Of a stretch of 16,146 nucleotides of DNA, positions 1 through 7,798 are shown piece after piece; the stretch's first letter is position 1, and every line of letters starts with the position of its first letter. This DNA is from Candidatus Micrarchaeota archaeon. Its GTDB lineage: Archaea; B1Sed10-29. Where the stretch lies: positions 1 through 16,146 of the forward strand of contig CAZOFO010000012.1 in NCBI GenBank assembly GCA_964579265.1, read 5' to 3'. The notes beneath the pieces are model-generated. The model was not told the DNA's origin. It ran no database searches and was given only the letters and a program-made list of their open reading frames with translations. Made by a program: the position numbers and the translations under genes.

Positions 1-558
1 AATTCACATAAAATACACGGACCAAAAGGCATTGGAGCACTCTACATAAAAGAAGGAACCGATATACAGCCATGGCAACACGGTGGAGGACACGAAAACG
101 GAATGAGATCAGGTACACTCAATGTACACGGGGCAGTAGGATTCGCAGAAACAGCAAAGAAAAAACATGAGAACAGAGAAGAAAACATTGAAAAAATGAC
201 CGAACTAAGAGACAAACTAATCAAAGGATCACTAAAGATAGAAAACACAAAATTAAATGGCCCAGAAGGAAAAAAAAGATTACCAAACAACGTGAATATA
301 TGCTTCAGCAATATAGAAGGAGAAGCACTATCAGGTTATCTCAATAGAAAAGGAATATACGCCTCTACAGGATCAGCATGCAGTTCACTGGAACTAGAAC
401 CTAGCCATGTTCTAAAGTCAATAGGACTAACTGAACAAGAAGCTAATAGTAGCCTCAGAATGACTTTAAGTAAATACAATACGGAAGAAGAAGTAGAATA
501 CGTTCTGGAAAAACTTCCAGAAGTAGTAGAAAGACTTAGAGAAATGTCACCATTATAA
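1..558 (+). CDS. iscS: Cysteine desulfurase IscS/NifS (group I), 5'-truncated by the window edge
   Basis: The frame is open from base 1 (NSHKIHGPKGIGALYI...GGGHENGMRSGT), giving the PLP-lysine motif SHK and the catalytic Cys loop STGSACSS. It lies directly upstream of iscU. The ORF-track start at 103 is internal. Confidence 0.96.
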   Translation, partial: NSHKIHGPKGIGALYIKEGTDIQPWQHGGGHENGMRSGTLNVHGAVGFAETAKKKHENREENIEKMTELRDKLIKGSLKIENTKLNGPEGKKRLPNNVNICFSNIEGEALSGYLNRKGIYASTGSACSSLELEPSHVLKSIGLTEQEANSSLRMTLSKYNTEEEVEYVLEKLPEVVERLREMSPL

Positions 559-957
559 ATGAAATATAGAGAAGGTTCAAAAATGGATGAAGATTATTCA
601 GAAGAAACTATAGATAGATTTCAAGACCCTGAATATACAGGGGAAATAGAAGACCCTGATGCTACAGGCAAAGCAGGAAACCCACAGTGTGGAGATGTTC
701 TGAAAGTATCCTTAAAAATAGAGAACGGGATTATAAAAAAAGCCAGATTCAAGACATACGGATGCATAGCCGCAATAGCCTCCAGTGACGAACTATGTGA
801 AATGCTAGAAGGAAAAACAATAGAAGAAGCTGAAAAAATTACTGGAAAAGATATTTCCCAAGAACTAGGTGAATTACCACCAGTAAAGCATCACTGCTCC
901 ATATTAGGAACAGAAGCACTACAGAACGCTTTGGAAAACTACAAAAAAGAAAAATAA
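559..957 (+). CDS. iscU: Fe-S cluster scaffold IscU/NifU-N
   Basis: Three conserved Cys (GNPQCGD, TYGCIAAIAS, LPPVKHHCS). An alternative start is ATG 583, after GAAGGT. Confidence 0.95.
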   Translation: MKYREGSKMDEDYSEETIDRFQDPEYTGEIEDPDATGKAGNPQCGDVLKVSLKIENGIIKKARFKTYGCIAAIASSDELCEMLEGKTIEEAEKITGKDISQELGELPPVKHHCSILGTEALQNALENYKKEK

Positions 958-1099
958 ATAAATTATTTTAATCTTCAATTTTTCTATCAAGAGATCTATT
1001 TCTAAATATTATCAACCTAATGATTATAATTTTATATAATCGGAGATTCTTTAATTACTGTAACCTAAAAAAAGAATATACACTTAGGAGAGGAAAAAA

Positions 1100-1660
1100 A
1101 TGTTATCAAAAAAAGATATAGAAAAGAGAGTAGAAAAAGGAGACCTTGAAATAGATCCGTGGAACCCGAGCAACTTAAAACCAGCCAGCCTGGCAGTACA
1201 CCTTGACGATGAAATAGCTGAACCTAAAAATGGAGAGATAGATCCACTATCCGAAGAAGACTACGATAAACATTTCGAAAAACGTGAACTATCATCAGGA
1301 GAAGTCATAAAGCTAGGTCCAGGGGACTTCATACTTGCAAAGACCTGGGAATCCTTTGGATTACCAAAAGACCTAGCAGCACTAATGGACGGAAAAACAA
1401 CTCTAGCAAGACTAGGCATATCAGTAACACAAGGAGCAATGCTAGTTCATCCAGGATCAGGAAAACCAGAACCGAGAAAAATAATACTTGAAATAAAAAA
1501 CGATGGACCATTCATTGTAAAACTAACAAACGACATGCAGATAGGAGAAGTATTCTTCCACGAACTAGAAACACCAAGTGACGTAGGATACGATGAAGGA
1601 TGGGACTACGGACAAAGAGAAAACCTGAATGAACTTACACCAATGGTAGAAAGCTTCTAA
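1100..1660 (+). CDS. dcd: dCTP deaminase (trimeric dUTPase superfamily), divergent
   Basis: MLSKKDI..., LKPASLAVHL, DGKTTLARLGI, LEIKN and IGEVFF match the Dcd motif order. SD-like AGGAGAGG lies upstream. Confidence 0.85.
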   Translation: MLSKKDIEKRVEKGDLEIDPWNPSNLKPASLAVHLDDEIAEPKNGEIDPLSEEDYDKHFEKRELSSGEVIKLGPGDFILAKTWESFGLPKDLAALMDGKTTLARLGISVTQGAMLVHPGSGKPEPRKIILEIKNDGPFIVKLTNDMQIGEVFFHELETPSDVGYDEGWDYGQRENLNELTPMVESF

Positions 1661-1700
1661 CAAACAAGTTAAACTCAATAAAAAGCTAGAAGGGATCTAG

Positions 1701-2978
1701 ATGTACAAACTAACGGAAGAAGGAAAAAAATACTTATCGGGAGAAGACCTACCTGAAAAGAAGCTAATCAAAAAAATAGAAGAAGAACCCAAAGAGATAC
1801 AGAAACTGAAAAAAGAAATTGACGATCTAGATATAGCTATAAACTGGTCTAAAAAGAAAGGATTAATAGATATAGATAAAGGAAAAATAAAACTACGAAA
1901 AAAACCCTCTGAATACCCTGAAGAAGAAGCTATGAAACTAATTAAGAATAATGAAGAAGAAAAAATAGATTCAGAACAAATAGAAAATTTAATAAATAGA
2001 AATCTAATCCAAGAAATAAGAGAAAGCGTGTTTAAAAAAGCAAAAAAACAAATAGAAGAATCAGAGGAAAAAGGAGAAAAAATAACTAATTTAACACCTG
2101 AATTAATACAAACAGAACTATGGAAAAAAGGAAAATTCAAAGAATACAATGTAAAAGCACTTGGAAAAAAGAAAAACCCAGGGAAAAAACACATACTATC
2201 CCACTACAAAAACAAAGTAAGAGAGATATTCTTAGAAATGGGTTTCGAAGAACACAAAGGTCCTTACGCAGAATCAAGCTTCTGGACATTTGACTCTCTC
2301 TACGTACCCCAAGATCACCCCGCAAGAGAAATGCAAGATACATTCTTCCTCTCTAACCCAGAAAAAATAGAACTACCTGAAAAAGAAATAGTTAAAAAAG
2401 TAAAAGAAATGCATGAGAAAGGAAATAACGAATCAAAAGGATGGAGATACGAATGGAGTGAAGAAGAAGCAAAAAAACCTGTACTAAGAACTCATACAAC
2501 AGCAGTAACGATAAAAGCGCTCCGTGAAATAGAGCCACCAGCAAAAATATTCTCAATAGGAAAAGTATTTAGAAAAGAAACAATAGACTACTCACACCTA
2601 CCGGAATTCTCACAAGTAGAAGGAATAGTAGCATCAGAAGAAGTAAACTTCCGAAATCTCCTAGGTTTCCTAGAAGAATTCTACAATAAAATGGGTTTTG
2701 ATGAAATTAGATTCAGACCTTACTATTTCCCGTACACTGAGATGTCTGTGGAACCAGAAGTATACTACGAGCCAAAAGACGAATGGCTAGAGATGGGAGG
2801 AGCAGGAATATTTAGACCAGAAGTAACACGCCCTATGGGTATAGAAGTACCAGTACTAGCATGGGGATTAGGATTAGAAAGATTACCTATGCTAGATCCA
2901 GATATAAAAGATATAAGGACTTTTTACTACAGAAATGACTTGGAATTGTTAAGAAATAAAGAAATAAAAACGGAATAA
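1701..2978 (+). CDS. pheS: Phenylalanine-tRNA ligase alpha subunit (archaeal type)
   Basis: Motifs FDSLYVPQDHPAREMQDTFFL, LRTHTT, FRKETIDYSHLPEFSQVEG, YFPYTEMSVE, GAGIFRPEV and AWGLGLERL. Confidence 0.98.
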   Translation: MYKLTEEGKKYLSGEDLPEKKLIKKIEEEPKEIQKLKKEIDDLDIAINWSKKKGLIDIDKGKIKLRKKPSEYPEEEAMKLIKNNEEEKIDSEQIENLINRNLIQEIRESVFKKAKKQIEESEEKGEKITNLTPELIQTELWKKGKFKEYNVKALGKKKNPGKKHILSHYKNKVREIFLEMGFEEHKGPYAESSFWTFDSLYVPQDHPAREMQDTFFLSNPEKIELPEKEIVKKVKEMHEKGNNESKGWRYEWSEEEAKKPVLRTHTTAVTIKALREIEPPAKIFSIGKVFRKETIDYSHLPEFSQVEGIVASEEVNFRNLLGFLEEFYNKMGFDEIRFRPYYFPYTEMSVEPEVYYEPKDEWLEMGGAGIFRPEVTRPMGIEVPVLAWGLGLERLPMLDPDIKDIRTFYYRNDLELLRNKEIKTE

Positions 2979-2988
2979 CGTGATAAAA

Positions 2989-4629
2989 ATGGCAGTAGTT
3001 GAAATAGACATAAAAGATCTCGAAAATCTCACAGGTAAAAAACTATCAAAAGATCTCCTGGAAAAAGAAATACCTATGCTAGGATGCGAATTCGAACATT
3101 TAGACTCAGAAAAAGTAAGTTACGACGTCCCACCAGATAGACCAGATATGCTAAGCACTGAAGGATTTGCAAGAGCACTCAGATACTTCCTAGGAGAAGA
3201 CAAAGGACTTCAAAAGTACAAAGTAAAGAGAAACAAAATCAAAATGAAGAAACAAAAAGTAAAAGCAAGACCAAATATAACAGCAGCAGCGGTAAATAAC
3301 ATCGAAATAACTGAAAAATCCCTGCAATCTATCATGCAGCTACAAGAAAAACTACACACAACCATGGGAAGAAACAGGAAAAAATTAGCAATAGGAATAC
3401 ACGACATGGATAAAGTAGAACCACCATTCACCTACAAAGCAGTAAAACCAAACAAATTCAGTTTCAAACCTCTAGGATGGGACAAAGAACTAACTTTGAA
3501 AGAAATAAAAGAAAAACACGAAAAAGGAAAGTACGTGGAAATACTAGAAGAAACAGGATCAAAAAAATGGCCAGTAATAACGGACAAAAACCAGGAAACA
3601 CTTAGCTTCCCACCAGTTATAAACGGAAAGAAAACAGAATTAACATCTCAAACAGAAAATGTATTCATAGATGTTACAGGAACGGACCAAGAAACAGTTG
3701 AAAAAGCTTTAAACATAGTAGTGACAGCTCTAACCGAAAGAGGAGGAGAAATAAACACTGTTAAAATAGAAGGAATTGGAGAAAGACCAAGATTAAACCC
3801 TGAAGAAATAAAAATAGATCTAGAATATGTTAACAAAATGCTTGGAACGGATTTTCAAGACAAACAATTTAAAGAATACATCAAAGGAATGGGATACGGA
3901 TTCAAAGGGAAAACAGGCATGGGTTATAGTCCAGAAAAAACTATCTTAGTACCTCCATATAGAAATGACATTATGCATCCTATAGATGTAGTGGAAGATA
4001 TTGCAATAAGACACGGATACGAAGAATTCAAACCTGAAATCCCTAAAATAGCTACAATAGGTAAACCAGACAAAAAAACAGAGAAGGAAGAAAAAGTAAA
4101 AGAAATATTAATCGGTTTAGGGTATCAAGAAGTCTTGAACATGGTTCTAACAAATAAAGAAAACCAATTCAAAAAAATGAACAGAAAAGAACCAAAAAAT
4201 GATCTAGTAGAACTGGAAAATCCTCTTGACGAAAAACACACAATATGTAGAAAAATAGCTCTACCTCAACTGCTGAAGAATATTTCAAACAACCAACACG
4301 TATCCTACCCTCAAAAAATATTTGAAGTAGCAAAATGTCTTGGAACAAAAGGAAAAACCAAGACAAAACTATCAATAGCTAAAGCTGACATAGAAGTAAA
4401 CTACAACGAAGCAACAGCCACATTGGACAGCATAATGAGAAATCTAAATAAAGAATATGAGTTGAAGGAAATAAAAGACCCGTCATTTATGGAAGGTAGA
4501 AGAGCTAAAATAACCAATGGAGAAGAAGAAATAGGCATAATAGGAGAAATTCATCCAAAAGTACTTAATAACTGGGGAATAGAGAAACCAGTAATAGCAA
4601 TGGAGCTAAACTTGGGTAAAATATTATAA
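2989..4629 (+). CDS. pheT: Phenylalanine-tRNA ligase beta subunit (archaeal type)
   Basis: Motifs PDRPDMLSTEGFARAL, QEKLHTTMGRNRKKLAIGIHD, PPYRNDIMHPIDVVEDIAI and GEIHPKVL. ATG 2989 is preferred over GTG 2980 because GTGAT reads as the SD. Confidence 0.97.
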   Translation: MAVVEIDIKDLENLTGKKLSKDLLEKEIPMLGCEFEHLDSEKVSYDVPPDRPDMLSTEGFARALRYFLGEDKGLQKYKVKRNKIKMKKQKVKARPNITAAAVNNIEITEKSLQSIMQLQEKLHTTMGRNRKKLAIGIHDMDKVEPPFTYKAVKPNKFSFKPLGWDKELTLKEIKEKHEKGKYVEILEETGSKKWPVITDKNQETLSFPPVINGKKTELTSQTENVFIDVTGTDQETVEKALNIVVTALTERGGEINTVKIEGIGERPRLNPEEIKIDLEYVNKMLGTDFQDKQFKEYIKGMGYGFKGKTGMGYSPEKTILVPPYRNDIMHPIDVVEDIAIRHGYEEFKPEIPKIATIGKPDKKTEKEEKVKEILIGLGYQEVLNMVLTNKENQFKKMNRKEPKNDLVELENPLDEKHTICRKIALPQLLKNISNNQHVSYPQKIFEVAKCLGTKGKTKTKLSIAKADIEVNYNEATATLDSIMRNLNKEYELKEIKDPSFMEGRRAKITNGEEEIGIIGEIHPKVLNNWGIEKPVIAMELNLGKIL

Positions 4630-4657
4630 TCTCTTTCTACAGTAAATTTTGTTTGCA

Positions 4658-4791
4658 AGCCTTGGCCGGGATTTGAACCCGGGACCTTGTCCTTTCTGGA
4701 ACTTTCAGTTTGGGTTATTTACTTTTTGCAAACTTTTTCTCTTTGAAAAAGTTTTACCATGGACACGCTCTACCGGCTGAGCTACCAAGGC
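4658..4791 (-). tRNA. tRNA-Thr(GGU) with a 61-nt intron at position 37/38
   Basis: Minus strand folds as acceptor GCCTTGG/CCAAGGC, D stem GCTC/GAGC, anticodon stem TGTCC/GGACA, loop AT-GGT-A|intron|A, T arm CCGGG-TTCAAAT-CCCGG. Discriminator U; CCA not encoded. Confidence 0.95.
4694..4754 (-). other. Archaeal tRNA intron (relaxed bulge-helix-bulge), 61 nt
   Basis: Central helix A32-U33-G34-G35 against CCAG (3 bp plus an A.G mismatch), two 3-nt bulges, and intron helix AACTTT/AAAGTT. Confidence 0.88.
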
Positions 4792-4795
4792 ATGT

Positions 4796-5482
4796 TTAGT
4801 TAATATAGTTCTCAATGTTTTTCATTATTTCTCTGTGTATATCTTCAATGTTTCTGAGTTCTCCGTTTTCCACGCAGTTTATTATGATCCATTTATCTTT
4901 TTCTTCAGCTAATTTATGGTAATTTCTATATACTTTTTCCTGAAATTCTGATACTGATTCATGTATGTCTCTTTCATCGTTTCCCATGTATTCTCTTATG
5001 CTTTTTTGATCATGGAGTTCGTATGCTTCTTTTGGAGAAACGTCTAAGAATATAACTATGTCTGATTGAGGTAATCGTCCTTCTACTGTTTCTATCCATT
5101 TCATTAGTTTTCTTCTTTCTTTTCCTTCGTGTTCAGCAGTCTGGTATCCTAGGTTTGATTCTATGTATCTGTCCGACACTATTATTTTTCCTTTATTCAA
5201 TGATTCTTTTATATGCTCTTTGAATTGGTATCGATCCATAGCGTAGAGCATACATCTTATTTCAACAGGTATTTCTTCTTTTTCTCCAAAATCTCCTCTT
5301 AGATATTTTCCTACCAGAGAACCGAACTCTGTATCGTATTTTGGAAAATCTATGTATTCTACGTCTTTTCTTTTTTTTCTGAGTTTTTCAACTAGTTTAT
5401 CGGTTTGAGTTCCCTTTCCTGAAGCATCTATTCCTTCTATAACTATAAAGGATCCTTTATTTTCTTTTTCTTTGTTTTTCAT
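4796..5482 (-). CDS. tmk: Thymidylate kinase
   Basis: P-loop IVIEGIDASGKGTQ, IVSDRY motif and PQSDIVIFLDV. GAGGT SD upstream. Confidence 0.95.
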   Translation of the reverse strand: MKNKEKENKGSFIVIEGIDASGKGTQTDKLVEKLRKKRKDVEYIDFPKYDTEFGSLVGKYLRGDFGEKEEIPVEIRCMLYAMDRYQFKEHIKESLNKGKIIVSDRYIESNLGYQTAEHEGKERRKLMKWIETVEGRLPQSDIVIFLDVSPKEAYELHDQKSIREYMGNDERDIHESVSEFQEKVYRNYHKLAEEKDKWIIINCVENGELRNIEDIHREIMKNIENYIN

Positions 5483-5566
5483 TTTTTGGACCTCTTGTTC
5501 TATTTTGTTTTTGGTTTTATTTAGTGCTTATTTCTCTTTGGATGAGGATTGGTTTTTAGTGTGGGA

Positions 5567-5650
5567 TGCAGGGAAGGGGATTCGAACCCCTGAAGGCACT
5601 AAGCCAATGCGCCCTGAACGCATTGCGTTTGACCGCTCCGCCATCCCTGC
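5567..5650 (-). tRNA. tRNA-Leu(CAG), no intron
   Basis: Acceptor GCAGGGA/TCCCTGC, anticodon stem ATGCG/CGCAT with loop TT-CAG-GG, long variable arm GGC-TTAGT-GCC, T arm AGGGG-TTCGAAT-CCCCT. Discriminator A. Confidence 0.96.
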
Positions 5651-5674
5651 ATTTTTAAGTATATGCTTGGAGAA

Positions 5675-5791
5675 CGGGCTCGAGGGGATTTGAACCCCTG
5701 ACTTGCTGGTTTCTCCCAAACTTTTTTGATGAAACTTTTTTTAAAAGTTTCTCCGAAGCCAGCCGCGCTGTCCTGGCTGCGCTACGAGCCC
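5675..5791 (-). tRNA. tRNA-Arg(UCG) with a 42-nt intron at position 37/38
   Basis: Acceptor GGGCTCG/CGAGCCC, D stem GCGC/GCGC, anticodon stem GCTGG/CCAGC, loop CT-TCG-G|intron|A, T arm AGGGG-TTCAAAT-CCCCT. Discriminator G. Confidence 0.95.
5711..5752 (-). other. Archaeal tRNA intron (bulge-helix-bulge), 42 nt
   Basis: Central helix C32-U33-U34-C35 against GGAG (4 bp including one G.U), two 3-nt bulges, then a G.G mismatch and helix AAACTTTT/AAAAGTTT. Confidence 0.88.
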
Positions 5792-5801
5792 TTAGTTTTT
5801 A

Positions 5802-6764
5802 TTAATTGTTTTCATCTTCTTTATTTTCTTTTTCTGTTTCTTTAGGAATCAATATTGATGCTATTGAGCATAAAGGAGATATTATCAGGGTTCCGTATAG
5901 GAGTATGAAGGAGCTTACAACTAGTGCTGTTATGAAGGGTAATGATGCTAGCATTGCTCTGAATACAGGTACCTGTACGAACATTCTTTCTATTACATCT
6001 TCTGTTACTTCTTTTTCTATTTCAGGCATTTGTTGTTCTAGGATTTCTGAGGCTATTTCTTCTATTTCTTCATCCATCTCTCCTTGTTGTCTCAGGTGTG
6101 CTTGATATGATTGGTTTAAGCGTCTTTCTTTTTCTTCTTCGTTTAGTTCTTCCCATTGTGTACGGTTCATTGTGTCTTCTCTTCCTTCTATTATTATAGG
6201 GAGGAATACGTGTTCTCTGAATTCTTCTTTACTTATTTGTTCCATTTCTCCATCTATTTCTGGTTCTTCTATGAATCTTTCTTCTTCTATTATTTTTTCT
6301 ACTTCTATTTCACCTACTTGTTCCTGTGTGAAGTTCATTACTGAGGTTTTGAACTGTTCTTGTCTTTGTTCTAGAGTTGCAAAAGACATTGAGAGGGATA
6401 CTATAAATCCTCCTATTGCTAGGAGGTAGATGAATTTTTTTGATAATTTCCATCCTAATGAAATTGATTTTATGATTCCTGATTCTCTTTTTATTTTTGA
6501 GAGGAATATTACTGCGACTAGTCCTGCTAGGTAGAACATCATTATGGATATGAATATTGCCTTGTTTCTAAATAGAGGTAGTAATACTAGGATTGATATG
6601 AATGTGGATAGGGTTGTGACTACTGTGGTATTTACTTTCCCTTGTTTTTCTCTAAAGTAATATACTATGATTATTGTTAATGAAAGGATTACTCCTGATG
6701 TTATTACATATACTGCATTTATAGGGGTTATTGCTTCCATTGCTTCTGTTATTTGGTAGGACAT
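5802..6764 (-). CDS. Hypothetical multi-pass membrane protein with a large acidic loop; probably extends upstream to about 6899
   Basis: About four N-terminal hydrophobic segments, an E-rich helical region and C-terminal hydrophobic segments. The frame stays open for 45 more codons upstream and encodes another TM-like stretch. Confidence 0.85.
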   Translation of the reverse strand: MSYQITEAMEAITPINAVYVITSGVILSLTIIIVYYFREKQGKVNTTVVTTLSTFISILVLLPLFRNKAIFISIMMFYLAGLVAVIFLSKIKRESGIIKSISLGWKLSKKFIYLLAIGGFIVSLSMSFATLEQRQEQFKTSVMNFTQEQVGEIEVEKIIEEERFIEEPEIDGEMEQISKEEFREHVFLPIIIEGREDTMNRTQWEELNEEEKERRLNQSYQAHLRQQGEMDEEIEEIASEILEQQMPEIEKEVTEDVIERMFVQVPVFRAMLASLPFITALVVSSFILLYGTLIISPLCSIASILIPKETEKENKEDENN

Positions 6765-6894
6765 TTCGAATGAAATCCCGCTTAAACTGTATAGATGTAC
6801 CCAGGTAAGTGTTAATAGAGTTATAAGTATTGTGGAGATTGTTAAGTACTGTATCTCTCTTTTATTTATATTTATTTCATTTATGTTTATTTTT

Positions 6895-7794
6895 TCAATC
6901 GGTTAACACCTCGCATCCGTCTGTTTCTACCTTAACTGTTTTTTCCGCTTGGGAGACCATTGATCCTTTATCGTCCTTTAATACAGGGTATTCTTTTAGA
7001 ATTTCTCTGTTTTTAAGTTTTTTAAGAGCCATTTTCATTTTTAATTCTTTATGGTTATCTTGGATCCATCTTTTTGCAAAAGGTAGGTTTTTATATTCTT
7101 TTTTGGTCTTTTTCATTATCTCTCTTGCTGTTTTGTTTCTTATTTGTGCTTCTTTGTTATGAGAATATATTTCTCTATGTTTTCCTTCCTTTACTCTTCC
7201 TTGTCCTGTTGATGCGAATGGTTCTATCGCTATTATTTGTCCTTCTTTTAGTTTTTTATTTGTATTTGTTTTTATGTTGGGTATTGCTGGTTCTTTATGG
7301 GTTTTCCATTCTCCTAGGCCGTGTCCGGTTAAGTTTCTGATTGGTTCGAATCCTTTTTCCTTTATGGTTCTCTGTATTTCTTTACTTATTTCATCTATTT
7401 TTCTTTCTTCTTTAATCATTGATATTGCGTTTTCTAATGCTTCTTCACTTGCTTTTACCAGTTCTGGATTTTCTTCTGTGAAGTCTATTGTGTAAGCGGT
7501 GTCTCCTCCTACGTATCCGTCTATATGTACTCCTATGTCTATTTTTATTATTTGTGATTCATTAAATCTTCTTTCTTTTTTCTTTCCTGGTGTGTAGTGT
7601 GCTGCTTCGTTGTTCACGGATAGGTTTACTGGGAAGGCTGGTTTGCCTCCTTTTTCTTTTATGTAGCTTTCTATTTCTTCTGCTGCTTCTAGAAAGGTTT
7701 TTCCTTTTTCAATTATTTTTTCTGATTTTTTTCTAGCTTTGCTGGCTATTTTCCCGGCTTTTTTGTATTTTTTAATTTCCTTCTTTTCGTTCAT
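6895..7794 (-). CDS. map: Methionine aminopeptidase type II
   Basis: AFPVNLSVNNEAAHYTP, KIDIGVHIDGYVGGDTA, NLTGHGL, AIEPFAS and VSQAEKT, plus the type II helical insert. Start ATG 7794 lies just after the polB stop, rather than 7836 inside polB. Confidence 0.96.
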   Translation of the reverse strand: MNEKKEIKKYKKAGKIASKARKKSEKIIEKGKTFLEAAEEIESYIKEKGGKPAFPVNLSVNNEAAHYTPGKKKERRFNESQIIKIDIGVHIDGYVGGDTAYTIDFTEENPELVKASEEALENAISMIKEERKIDEISKEIQRTIKEKGFEPIRNLTGHGLGEWKTHKEPAIPNIKTNTNKKLKEGQIIAIEPFASTGQGRVKEGKHREIYSHNKEAQIRNKTAREIMKKTKKEYKNLPFAKRWIQDNHKELKMKMALKKLKNREILKEYPVLKDDKGSMVSQAEKTVKVETDGCEVLTD

Positions 7795-7798
7795 TTTT

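Noticed and set aside
1022..1041. GATTATA-N6-TATAATC inverted repeat upstream of dcd
   Set aside because: Short and almost entirely A/T, overlapping a probable TATA element. It cannot be distinguished from chance.
4685..4706. GTTCCAG on the minus strand as an origin recognition box near the skew switch
   Set aside because: It is a single partial match without the GGAAA/G-string, and it is fully explained as the BHB helix of the tRNA-Thr intron.
5472..5719. ORFs 5472-5693 (+) and 5528-5719 (-)
   Set aside because: They are translations across the tRNA-Leu and tRNA-Arg genes.
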